DNA of 14,120 nucleotides from Anthoceros angustus (taxonomy: Eukaryota; Plantae; Anthocerotophyta): NCBI GenBank assembly GCA_010909165.1, contig VJWM01000413.1, positions 1 through 14,120 on the forward strand. Direction: 5' to 3'. The notes beneath the pieces are model-generated. The model worked only from the letters and a program-made list of their open reading frames with translations, searched no databases and was not told the origin of the DNA. Position numbers and translations under genes: made by a program. Shown piece after piece: positions 1 through 10,329 of the stretch. The first letter of the stretch is position 1. Each line of letters begins with the position of its first letter.

Positions 1-1
1 T

Positions 2-1587
2 GATTCCCCAGCGCTCTGGGCACACTAAGGCGACCGATGTTCGGCCAACCACAGGTGCACCTCATAGGCATCAACAAAAGCGGCAAAACGGGTGGTGAAC
101 AAGACAGCTGTGGTGGACTCCGGTGGCTGGTTCTGTGGCTGCCGTCCTGTGATCAGACCTCTCCATATTCGTACAGGAGGAAGTGGTGCGCAAGGGTGGC
201 CTTCAGCATCCATATGGTGGCAGCATGTCAAGGTCCGTGTTTGGCAGTTTCATTAAGAAACTGAAGAGTTCCCCTATAAGACTTCTTAAGCCTCCGTCAC
301 CCATCAAGGCTGCCTGTGAGCCCGAACAGCACGGGCACTTGTGCAATTGTTCCTTCAGGCAGGTTGATGGAACTGTGGCAGTGGCAATGGAAGCTGAATT
401 TAGGAAAATGGCTCATGAACATGAGGAAAGGATGAAGAACATGCAGGAGGCGTGGAGGACATGATGCGTACCATTGCCAGTCAATTGCAGCAGCTGGAGG
501 TCAGGACCTCTGTATCTGTAGACAATGAGCAGATGCGAAGATTTTGGAACGCTAACGGGGAAGCCAATGGAACGTGGGATAAAGCCACGTATCAAACAGG
601 TCGTCTCACTGGCCTTATCCCCTCAGCGCATGATGTTCTCAAGTACGCCGACTCTGTGGACAGCACTAGGTTTCCTCGGGTTATTGAACCCTTCCAGCCG
701 GACCGGCTTGCAAGGCTGGTTGCTCCCGATCAGTTTTGATGACAACTCAGACCTCCTCAGTCCCCTGGAACCACCAAGCTTGTTAGAGTGGCAGCAGTCC
801 TCGGGAAGTTCCAGAAGTAGTAGCGGTGCCATCCCTCTTTGAATCGTCTGATTCTCGAGAAAGCCACCAGGGATACAAGACAAGCCCTGCATGCATTTAC
901 AGGTGCTTGGTGGCAGGTCAGGATTCTGACTCTGTGTGCGAGATTGTTAACCAGCTATTGCCCCGTGTTCGATTCGTTAAGCCTTATCATGCTAGATATG
1001 GTCTGGAGTCGTGCATAGCGGGTGCCTTCTTCTCAGACTTCGATGAGCCTTTCTGCGGAGTTGGTCAGCACGATGGTGAGTCTGAGGGATCAAGCTGGCA
1101 GCCCACTGTGAAGGATTGCCGGGAAGCATACCAGAGGGTAGCGGACGCCAACCCCCGGGACATCATCAACGATCGGCATCCTAGTTCAGACAAGTCCTTC
1201 CACTATTTCTGCCAGGCCAAGCTCAAGCTTTTCCAGGACGAAGTGAAGTGGGTTTCCAAATGGTCGGTGAATCTGTTGAACACGTTCTTGGAGGCTGCCA
1301 TAGGGGTATGGCGTCTCCATCTCCTGTCTCTGTCATTTGAACCGTCTGCAGTCTTGATACATGCCTCTCAGTTTGAGGACTACTCTCCTGAATACATGGA
1401 GCTGGTGGACTCTGACGTGGGGACTGATGGAAATTCGATCGTGGATGATCACGTCTTCTCCCCTTCAGTGGAGTTCACCGTGATGCCAGGTTTCAAAATT
1501 CTTGAAGGCTACGTAAGGTGCCAAGTCTACTTGAAGGTGCGGACAAGAAGTAGAACAGAGCGACACATGCGGCAGCTGAGTCTGTGA
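2..1587 (+). CDS. IRKI: IRK-interacting protein-like (IRKI/GIL1 family) gene; 5' end outside window, several frameshifts before ~900, intact C-terminal domain ~900-1587
   Basis: C-terminal frame reads HARYGLESCIAGAFFSDF...FHYFCQAKL...KWVSKWSVNLLNTFLEAAIGVWRLHLLSLSFEPS...YSPEYME...VEFTVMPGFKILEGYVRCQVYL, matching the IRKI/GIL1 C-terminal pattern (FC..K...W...W...LL..F..AA..VW.LHLL..SF.P...YME...VMPGF....V.C.V). Upstream pieces in other frames give SVFGSFIKKLKSSP, a coiled coil (MEAEFRKMAHEHEERMKNMQEA/VEDMMRTIASQLQQLE) and LEKATRDTRQALHAFT. Stop TGA 1585-1587. Symbol is family-level, not an orthology call. Confidence 0.85.
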
Positions 1588-2379
1588 TAATCATGGCATG
1601 GCTGTAAATATGGATGCTTCCTGGCTCCGTTTGGGAGGGTTCTGTAACTGTATGACAGAATTTGGTATTTCAGGAGCGCGCAGTCTATCTTCATCAAATT
1701 GGTGAGACCTCTGTGGAAGTTCCATCACCGGGTGCACCTTCCTGAAGAATCGCATCCAGAACGCTCTCATTTCTTTGTTCTTTGACCGCTTACTGTGCAG
1801 TGAAAGTTCTAACCTGAGATGTCTTCCACAGGCTACCTTCCGCCCTCCGCGACAGCAGCATCAACTTGGTGTTGTAAAAACTAGGATCCAGGAATTCCGG
1901 AGCACACTGTAGCCCTGCTTTTAGAGTTCTGCAAACTAAAGCAGCGGGTACCTGTAAGGTACAATCTAACTCTTGCTCCATGGCTTCTGGAGGTGTAGTT
2001 CACATCGGCAAACATATTAGTGCCCTTGGGATGCTTGATACTGTAACATTGTACGGTAGCGAGGGTGTTCTAGTCATTAAATATGTCCATTTCAGGACGA
2101 ACGACGACATTGGCGAGAACCGTGTACAGAGGAGCCTAGTGGTGAAGAACGCTGTCAACAAATCCCGCTCCGATTTATGGAGGAAATGCAAAGAAATTGC
2201 CGTTGAGAGAACTCGTGCTCCCTCTTCAAGCTGCGCGTTCATCGATGCACCCTCCATCGCGCTAATTTTAAATCGGCATGAATTGGAGCCACAAGTCATC
2301 ACCATTCGAGTCGTGGAGCTTGTGATAGTAGAATGTGGAGACCTTATGTAAGAGGGATCCCGCATGTGTCGCTCTGTTC
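1553..2379. repeat. Perfect 20-bp inverted repeat pair (1553-1572 and 2360-2379)
   Basis: GAACAGAGCGACACATGCGG at 1553-1572 is the exact reverse complement of CCGCATGTGTCGCTCTGTTC at 2360-2379. Confidence 0.95.
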
Positions 2380-2443
2380 CATCCATGATGAAAGATCCAT
2401 CTACCAAAAGGAAAACGGGGAAGAAGAATACATTATAGTCCAC
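1790..2443 (-). other. Unassigned long reading frame (one internal stop) with a strong 3' splice site; possible gene fragment
   Basis: ORFs 2000-2443 and 1790-1981 share a frame (218 codons, one TGA at 2000-2002). Minus-strand polypyrimidine tract ttcttcttccccgttttccttttggtag ends at ~2401. No recognisable domain. Confidence 0.25.
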
Positions 2444-2679
2444 ATGGATGGAATTTTCCTGTCATGGGACTTGTACTTAACAACTTACAGCATGGTGTGC
2501 TTAAACTACACCAAGGGCATCCATTCTCTTTAGGCACCCCATCTAAATACCAATTTAGGCGGAGGACGTTCTTATGAAAGTGTGTCCATTTGGCCTAAGC
2601 CATTTGGATACACATTTATAACAACCCAACCAAGGACACAGTGCGAAGGACCTGAAGTGTCCCCCTTTCGCTTTTCAGG

Positions 2680-2830
2680 TGTTGTGGGTAGCCGAGCACT
2701 GACCAAGGATGTGCTGGCGGGTTTCTTCGGAAGACATACATTCCCGACAAAATGGGTTTCCAGCGAAGTTGAATCGCCTGAAATAAGCCCCAATAGCCAT
2801 ATGCCCAGTCCGTAAACTGGGTGAGAAAAG
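2680..2830 (-). pseudogene. LINE ORF2 C-terminal zinc knuckle
   Basis: LRTGHMAIGAYFRRFNFAGNPFCRECMSSEETRQHILGQC fits the QLRTGH...C..C...ET..H.L..C pattern. Confidence 0.85.
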
Positions 2831-2999
2831 ATGAGACCTTACGATCATGAAGGCCAAGACGGTGTAACACCGAGAGAACCAAGCACCACTCGCTTTGAAG
2901 CTTTAATAGATGAGGCCCTTGTACATGCCACTCCCAAACTTGCCACATGAATCGATTGACGCCGGACACAAATAAGGTACAATCAATGGAAATTGGAAG

Positions 3000-3390
3000 A
3001 AGAGTGGGCGCCTTAGCGATAACATCGCCACTCAAAACTACATTATTATGGCCCGAATCAAGTGGAGGTTTAGGGAAACTTGAGGGTGAGCAAGAGAGGC
3101 ATATTGAGATTATGAGCCCGTGTGAGATAGCACAGGAGGCAGATGTGTCGATTAAAGACAATAAAGGCTGCTTGGTTATCAATGAATATGTTAAAAGCGA
3201 ACCCCAGAGGGCTAAAAGAGTAGGTAGGTACGAGATGGCCTTAACCACAGAAAGGAGTTCTGCCTCAAAACCATAGTAAGTCTCTAAACCAAAAGACAAT
3301 TGATGCACATGATCCTTGTTGAAATAGAAAACCGCGCCTCACTTTACCATCCATGAGGGAACCATCGTGTAAATTGCAGAGTATTAGGAG
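3000..3390 (-). pseudogene. LINE RNase H domain (disrupted)
   Basis: IY(T)DGSLMDGKV; FEAELLSVVKAI; NIFIDNQAA; SGHNNVVLSGDVIAKA, matching the four RNase HI motifs (YTDGS, AEL, DxQAA, H...AD..AK). Confidence 0.85.
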
Positions 3391-4009
3391 CCAGCGATCA
3401 CGAGAATGTGAGGCAATGGCTAACTCGGAGATGGTAAAATCACGGTGGTTGAGGTAAGGGAGGGGAACAAGGCGAGGAAAATGGTCTCAATGGCGGTAGG
3501 GGTGGGAACACCAAGAGGAGCTTGGGAAGGAGGGTGAGTCGGCTACTTAGCTTTGTAATACCGTTTTTTGTAGTTAGAGGCCGGTAGGAAGGCTTGGTGG
3601 ATTGGGTGGGAAGGAGGGCAAGAGAGGTTACGGAGAAGAGCGAGAGAATGGCATTGAAGACGGATCTCGGTGGCGGAAGAAGCTTCAAATTCAAGGGCCT
3701 TAGTGGAGGTGGTTGAACGCGCCATTGCCTTACAAGCTAGACGTTGAACCCGTCAAGATGTTGAATATGCGTGAGCCTCCATTAAACCAAACACCAGACC
3801 ATAATCGAGTTTAGGCAAAACAATAGTAACATATAGTTGTCGCGGAGGTTAGCTTTGAGTCCCCAAACAAGGTACCAAGAGATAATAGGCGATAGAGTCA
3901 TAGCCGGCTGTTGCACATGGGTGTTCCAAGTTAACTTGGAGTCTAAGTAAAAGCCCAAGAATTTGACACACTCGAGGGAGTAATAAGGGAGCCATCAGGC
4001 AAAGAAAGA

Positions 4010-4860
4010 GTATACTCCTTAATATTTTCCTTGCGCTTGAGAGAAAATGAATGAGCTCGAACTTGTTGAGATCAAACTCCACGAGGTGCGTGGAGGCCCA
4101 CTCTAAAGCTACATGTAGCATAGCTTGAAGCTTTTTGTGGATTTCTTGCACGAAGGAGCAGTGGCATATGCCCCAGTATCATCAATCCAACCAATGTTGC
4201 CGCCCATAGATTGAAGTTGAGAGATGAGGCCAGAGGTGAAGAATAAAAAAAAGAAATAGGCGAACCTTGTGGTAACCCCGCACAGACCAGCGCAAGAGTA
4301 TCACAAGGGCCATCCAAACATAGTGAAATTGCTCGTTGAGATAAAAAGTGAAAGACCCAATGAATCAGTGCAGTTGGAAGACCTTTCCTGCATAAAATAG
4401 ATAGGAGGATCTGATGATTAACTGAGTCAAATGCACCCTTGATGTCCATAAGGAGAAGGGAAAGAACGTGGCGTTGTCCCCAAACCCTGCGAATATCTTG
4501 TACCAGAAGAGTTGTTGCATCACTTGTACTCCGTCCTGGCCGACACCCCAAATGACCGTGGGGAAGAAGGCCAACATGAGTTTCAACTAAGAAAGAAAGT
4601 CGTGAGGCCATAAAACTCTCCGAAGCCTTGCCCAAGCAGTTAAGAAGTGCAATAGGGTGATAATTAAGAACGTGGCAGTGAATAGTTAGCTTAGTTTAAC
4701 TTGCGGAGAATGATGATAAGCGAGTGACACCACGCTATGTGATGATAACCCAATATAGAGCATGCATGAAAGATAGATAAATAAAAGCCTTTGAGGAGAT
4801 CCCATCCTCTGGAGAAACCCAGCAGCAATAGTGTGTGGGCCCGCCACCTTCCACGCCTTA
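4010..4860 (-). pseudogene. LINE reverse transcriptase domain (disrupted)
   Basis: YHPIALLNCLGK; GCRPGRST; LLLMDIKGAFDSVNHQILL; GLPQGSPIS; after a frameshift NIGWIDD (catalytic Y/FxDD position, ~4170-4190); EFDLNKFELIHF. Confidence 0.92.
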
Positions 4861-6372
4861 GCACCAAACATAGCCTTATGCAGGTGCGAGTAGGGATCGC
4901 CACTGAATTGAGAGTTTGTCAAGGTGGTAGGGAGGTACCGGATGAAGAGGGAAACAAAGGGATCGGAGGATCGACATTTGTCAAGATGAGTGAACAAGTG
5001 ACCCATCCCCAGAAAGTAAAGGGGGGGTGAAAGAAGGGGAAGCGGGTTTAGTAGAACGATAAATTCTCCAAATATCTGAGTCGCTAGCCTCTGCAAGAAA
5101 TGTCTTCCAATGGTCCTTCTTGGCCATTTTAACCATGCAAAAGTACTCATTCCTGGCTGTCCGAAAAATCGCAATGTCCGATGAACTGTTAGTGGTGCGC
5201 ATAATCCAGCGTGCCCGAGCTAGTCCCTTATGCAAAGAGGACAGGGTAGGAGACCACCAAGGTTTAGCACGGAGGTGAGGGTGCACAACTGGGGTAGAGA
5301 CGGAAATTGCCCTTTGGAGAGAGAGGGTGACCGCAACTAAGTGATCAACTGAGGCGGTATGGCGCGACTTTCGGCCGACGGCCACCGGCATGCCCCGTGT
5401 CGTTGTAGTAAGGGGTCCGTTCCCAAGAGAATGATAGGTTCCGTTTTGCACGTCTCAAACCGATTCTCGCCCCGCCGTGGCTGCTTTCTAACCAAAGTCG
5501 CGCGCCCTCACGGTTTTACTATTAACTACTTTAAACATCCGCCGAATGCGTGGCTAAACGTTTAAGGACCTGCTCACTTCTCAGATCCTACCTACCCCGT
5601 CTCTACGCTTCGCCTAGTCCGCCTTCCTTACCCTCTCACTACGCCATCATCCGCTGGGGAAGAGTGGGTATGCGGGTCCACCTCCGTCTGCTCCACCAGT
5701 GCCTCCGTCCTGCTCTACACGCCTCCGGAGTTCCACTGGTCTCATGTGTTCCGGTCCGTCCGACGCCAGGCACCTGCTCCGGAAGAGCAAGGATCTCGGT
5801 CGTCACCGCACACACCACACGTTAGGGGTCCGTCACCAGGACCTTGATCAATCTCTCCGAGGTTATCGTGCCCGCTTAGTGACTCGTGACTCGTTAGCAG
5901 GACACACAAGGGTCTACAAGAGAATGCGGTATCCACTTGTAAACGATCCGTATTGGAAACTCCTGCTGGATTGTGTCTTTGAGTGATTTTTTGTTTTTTG
6001 CTAAGTTTGGTGTCAAGAAGAGCTGGTTGTCGTGAGGAAGGGATATTTATAGCAGAAGTGTCCTTGACCTATGAGTTTTGGGTTGTTTCGTTAAATAATC
6101 ACCCTTACACTATGAACTCGATGCTCCTTGGCCTTTGGTCTCGAATATTTAATAAAAGGCCTATATGGGTTCAAGCACGAGGTTAGGTAGACCACATTAT
6201 GTGGGGATGGATTTAAAGTGGAAATATGTCCATATGTGGACATATTTACCTTGCAAAAACTCTTCTCGCTAGAATCATGGATGGACAAGTGAGCTTTGGA
6301 TACAAAAGTGAGCACAAGACACACAACCCAAGCTCATTTGAATTTCAACGAAACCGTCAAGTGAACACGAAC

Positions 6373-6550
6373 ACTAAAAGTGAGTCTTTGTCATAAGAAG
6401 TTGGAACTTGTTCAAATTTCAAAGTTTGGAATAAGCGGAATTTCAAAGTTGTACGCTTTTCAAGAGCAAGGAACTAAAAGTGAAGCATGGTCACAAACAA
6501 GTGTAAACTTGTTTGTATTTCAAAGTTTTGTCTAAGCGGATTTTCAAAAG
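6373..6550. repeat. Diverged direct duplication, 100-bp period, two copies
   Basis: actaaaagtga...gtca...aacttgtt...atttcaaagttt...taagcgga.tttcaaa starts at 6373 and again at 6473. Confidence 0.85.
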
Positions 6551-7584
6551 ATGGTAAGTACCCATGTTGTGCGGCACATCTATGAGAGCATAACGCCATC
6601 TTCACGCTGCGAGACCTTTCACACCACTGCTTTGCGCTTGAGGCGCTCGGTGCCCGTGTGAACCATGTGCCCGATCTTGTGAGGCTGCGAGAGGGAGGAG
6701 GCGGGGAGCCCGTCGGGCGAGCAAGGGAATTGAATGGCTCCAGGCGCCTCCCTCTCCGGGTGCACTTAGGAGCAAAACACGCTGGGCGCGGTGGAGGAAA
6801 AGCAAATTCGAGTTGCATCTTTGCGTGTGGAAGATGGAGCATCTTTGTGCGTGGCGGATGTTAGGCAAGAGGCGAGTCCTTGGCATGGAGGAGGATTGTC
6901 ACGGTGATAATCATACGGCGGAGGTGGGTGTGAGGCGGCTTCTCCGGATCGAAGAACCCTCAATGAGTGAGGAGGGAACTAGTCTGAGGGCAAAAAGCAC
7001 AGTCCTCTTTCATCCACAGGCGGTCAAGGCGATTCACGCAAAGGCGGGATCTCACCCGTCGATGGGGCTGTGATGCACAATGTGGGCGTGCTCGAGAACT
7101 TGGCTACGTTTTCGGATGTAGAACTGCCCACTTCAATTCGATAGCTAAGGTGTTAGATGCTTTTCCGGGCTTTGGCCTCAAGGAATTCTTCCCTTGCGTA
7201 GGGGTGAAGGCTCGAGCCACATCCTCGCTTTCCACATCAGGCGGCCATGAAAAATGCGGAGTGTACAAGCGTCATCACTTGAAGGCAAGACAAACCTTTA
7301 TGAATATTGTGCTAACTAACGACGTGAGGCAAGCTGGAGCAGCCGGGCCGAGTCCTTGGGGTGACAGTTGTGTACGCCATCTTCAAACCCGCGGCGATTT
7401 GCAAAGTGCACGAGGAGGGCTGTGGTGTGGGGGACGGGCTCGTTCGATTGTTTGCCCCAAGGGGTTAAAATTTTGCAATTTTGGGAGTCGGCGTCAAGGC
7501 CTTCCTCCAACTCCAAGGATGCGAGGCGCGGCGGGTGGCTCCTCTTGTCTTCCGCACATCATCCATTTCCTAGATACCTCTCGG

Positions 7585-8243
7585 GTGATTCGATTCACGC
7601 ATTTCTCTTTCGCTTCCGGTCGCACCGCGGTGGTGGCGCGTCTCCTTGCCGTGCGCTAGTCTATGCTTGCAATTGAACACGCCACTAACCCTTTAACTTG
7701 TTTCAGCAAGCCGTCGGGATCATCACTATATGTGATAGCACAGCGTGCCACTACATCACTCCATGTTCGAGTTTCCTCTGTGTGCTGCTCGCTTGACACC
7801 TTCCTTTGTCTCTTTGCTTGCGCCATCTCTGGTCATTTGCCACAGTGTGCTCATTGCTCGCTCCTTGTCATTTGCTCAGCTCCTTGTCATTTGCTCAGCT
7901 CTTGTCATTTGCTCGCTCCAGTCATTTTGCAGCTCTTTGCTCATTTGCTCGCTCCTTCTCATTTACTCACGGCTCTGGTCGGGTTCCCAGCTCCTGCTCA
8001 TTTGCCAGCTCCCGCTCCTTTGCCAGCTCGATCATTTGCTCTGCGTGCAATGTTCATTTGTTGTAGCTCAGGTTCACTCAAGGATATACAAGGCTCACCT
8101 GCTTTGTGAGTGGGGCACTTCATGTGGCTCTGTGTCCTTTTGTGTAGACCGCTCCACTCTATCTACTTTGTTTGGTCACATCTTGGTGTCCCAGCTTTTA
8201 GAGGGAGATGTTATGAGCATGCATTGTCGTGAGTGATGTGCAG
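7585..8243 (+). other. Predicted phase-0 GT-AG intron in the transposase gene
   Basis: CGG|GTGATT at 7585 and gatgtgcAG|ACG at 8243. Removal joins HFLDTSR to TEFFLRF in frame, restoring the H.L..SQ.EF...F...P.I.I pattern. Confidence 0.7.
7846..8045. repeat. 19-bp minisatellite (ctccttgtcatttgctcag), about 10 degenerate copies, inside the transposase intron
   Basis: Identical units at 7861-7879 and 7880-7898, with decaying copies on both sides. Confidence 0.92.
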
Positions 8244-10329
8244 ACGGAGTTTTTTTTGCGCTTTCAAAAGGAGAATCCGGATATCAAGATTGGCCATGAG
8301 CATTGAAAAGCCCTTCTTCATCAAATCCGCAAGAGAGAAATGTTTGTTGCGGTACCATGTCGAGATGGCATTTTGAAGACGCTCGAATGCTTTCGCGATT
8401 GCCACATCAAAGGTGCACCTCGTGTGCACGTGTACTGTGGGGTGTGTGGAGAGGAACCCGAGGAGGGGACAAGTGCCAGCGCGCCGGAGATGTTTTCATC
8501 CGTCCAGAGATGGTGCACTCTGTTTATGCCCTAGAGCACCGGATGAGGGGCGCATAGGCGAAAATGTTTGCTTGGTAAATGCACTGTGGAGTTTCAAGTG
8601 GCCCTCTGTCCTAAGGAGGTTTCACAAGCATTTTCCGGAGATGAAGTAGTGGCGGTGCTTGAATATCGGAAGGTGGGAGTGAATGAGGACGGAACCTCCA
8701 AGTCGAATAAAGCTAGTTTACGAAACCCATCCGTCGGCGATGATTGAATTTCTTAAGGATAAATTGGCATTTCATTCACTACGTCCAAAGATGGCAAGCC
8801 ACAGGTTTGGAAGTGCATTGATTGGTTTCAGGATGTGATAGTTTACTTATGGACTTTTGAACTATGCTTTTCAAGTTCGAATGAGATACAATCAATGCGG
8901 CATAGTGATCAAGTTACTATTCTAGTTCATGTTACATATATGCGGATGGGGGGTGGTGGAGGAGGACCCCTGTAATGTTCGAAGTTTTACCACTTTTAGT
9001 GATGACATGCACATGACTCTCTTTGTCCGGCATGCCCTTATGCTACATTGGGATACTCTTGTCAAATGGATACAAGAGTCCACGAGCATTGGATGTGGTC
9101 GGATGGTGCTTGCAATTTAAGGCTTGCAGACCAAGCTATTTTGTGGCGGTACCCAAGTCTAGCAGGAGGATGCGAGAATCTTTGTGGAGCTATTTTGGGT
9201 CGAGCCACGGAAAGGGGAGCACGGCAGGCGGTGCCATATTAAAGAGGGCACTACGTCGAAGATCACCTTCATCGACAGGCTGCGTGCAGTGGGCGTTGTC
9301 GACTTCTGCGGTCCAAGTATATCCAATGTGCATCCTCCTATGCAAGTGGAGAAAGGCGGTGCAAAGGGTTTTTGGTTGGTGGGAAAGAATGAAGTCAACC
9401 GTGCAGCGGTGGGGTGTGCACCAATCCGGGTTCTAAAGGCATGCACACATATATGGTGACTCGGTGGATGCAACCAACCCTCGGCTCAAGATCACGGCAT
9501 CTTGCGTGTTTTGTCTTTGTGCATGGGCGGTGACCATGGAGCATGTGAGGAGTGCCCTACGGGCATATGGCATTCGATTACTCGAGGCGGACGGTAGGGA
9601 GGTTGGTGGTCGAGACCGTGACCTGCACCATTAATGCTACATGCGGTTGGACGGATGGGCCGATCCTGCTAATGGTGTTGCTAGTGAAGATGTCTTTGCG
9701 GACCTCTTGGAGCTTAGACAACTTTGTGTGCGTGATCCGGATCCGAGGTTCAACTTTTTTTGGCAAAGTGCACTTGCTGCATGTGACCACGGAGCACATT
9801 ACTGTCCTAGGACAAAATTTCCTCCGAGGATAAGGTGGTTGTGGGCGATCTACTCGGGTTGAGCCGGATGGTTGTGTGTACACTTTGGATCATGAGGTCG
9901 GAGGTCACCCTTCTTTCATCCTCGTGGAGACCGTTCCCACTTTTGGACGCGTGGAAGGAGGCCGATTAGTGTATGTGCTTGACTCGGACACGGTCGAGTC
10001 CTTTAAGGAGCTTGTGAGGGAGACGAACCCATTTGTGTTTTCGTAGTCTCGACTCTAAGGCCTCAATTGTACATATGACGAAATTGAAATGACCTTGACG
10101 AACTTGTAAATACCATGGTTTGGTTGCTCAAGATGTGGCCATATTCACCTGTGATGACCCGCTCCACTCGCTTGGGATCTGGAGCACTTTGCTTGACTTG
10201 CGACCTTGCGGGTGACAATGCCCAACTTAAGCGCCTTTTAAAACCCCATCTCGTGGAAGACCTTGGAAGAGCCAAGATTGATGCAAGTGAGCCATGGCCC
10301 ACGGCGTGTCAGTGTCATTTGTCGGGCGC

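Larger units (their letters stand above)
2560..5360 (-). mobile_element. Degenerate, 5'-truncated non-LTR retrotransposon ORF2 (Tad1/I-group-like LINE)
   Basis: Collinear LINE ORF2 parts: EN-RT linker KPWWSPTL...ARNEY...AKKDHWKTFL (~5050-5270), RT (~4010-4860), RNase H (~3000-3390), C-terminal CCHC knuckle (~2680-2830). Multiple stops and frameshifts. No endonuclease or ORF1 beyond ~5360. Ends approximate; no poly(A) or TSD seen. Confidence 0.9.
7250..10046 (+). pseudogene. Sola2-type DDD transposase, intron-containing, many frameshifts; N-terminus may extend to ~6550
   Basis: Frame-repaired motifs in order: GLWCGGRARS/DCLPQGVK.ILQFWESASRPSSNSKDARR; HIIHFLDTSR|TEFFLRFQKENPDIKIG; KPFFIK..ERNVCC..YHVEM; Cys-rich RKCLLGKC; MDF.ENY (D at 8852); EIQSM..S.QVTILVHVTY; SDD..HD; HEHWMWSDG (D at 9102); QFKA; LWSYFGSSHGKG(EH..)GAILKRALRR (~9180-9260); ends GRLVYVLDSDTVESFKELVRETNPFVFS, TAG 10044-10046. 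DF.ENY / SDG..QxK / HGKG..DG.G..K is the Sola2 signature as I recall it. The third catalytic D is mutated or deleted in this copy. Confidence 0.8.

Noticed and set aside
1553-1572. Known conserved plant miRNA target site or MITE terminal repeat
   Set aside because: Does not match conserved miRNAs I can recall, the arms are 787 bp apart, and no target-site duplication flanks the pair.
2947-3276. 109-aa plus-strand ORF (also 4791-5030)
   Set aside because: Antisense to the LINE RNase H and linker regions; shadow ORFs.
5550-5986. Small plus-strand gene (91- and 95-aa ORFs)
   Set aside because: No recognisable motif, non-ATG starts, GC-rich context where such ORFs arise by chance; cannot be supported without homology data.
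5360-6370. LINE endonuclease or ORF1 upstream of the RT
   Set aside because: No APE motifs (GDFN, SDH) or gag-like CCHC knuckles found in the minus-strand frames I read.
7846-8045. CRISPR-like array (also considered for 11400-11830 and 13668-13968)
   Set aside because: Units are directly adjacent and degenerate, with no unique spacers and no cas genes; they are minisatellites.
7663-8236. ORFs of 148, 163 and 86 aa as membrane or Cys-rich proteins
   Set aside because: All three frames are open only because the 19-bp pyrimidine-rich repeat lacks stops; the region lies in the predicted intron.
8244-9300. CACTA/En-Spm (Tnp2) or KDZ transposase
   Set aside because: Motifs are DF.ENY, WSDG..QFK and HGKG, not the CACTA DG.NP / D.MH motifs or the KDZ C.H / YD..C motifs.
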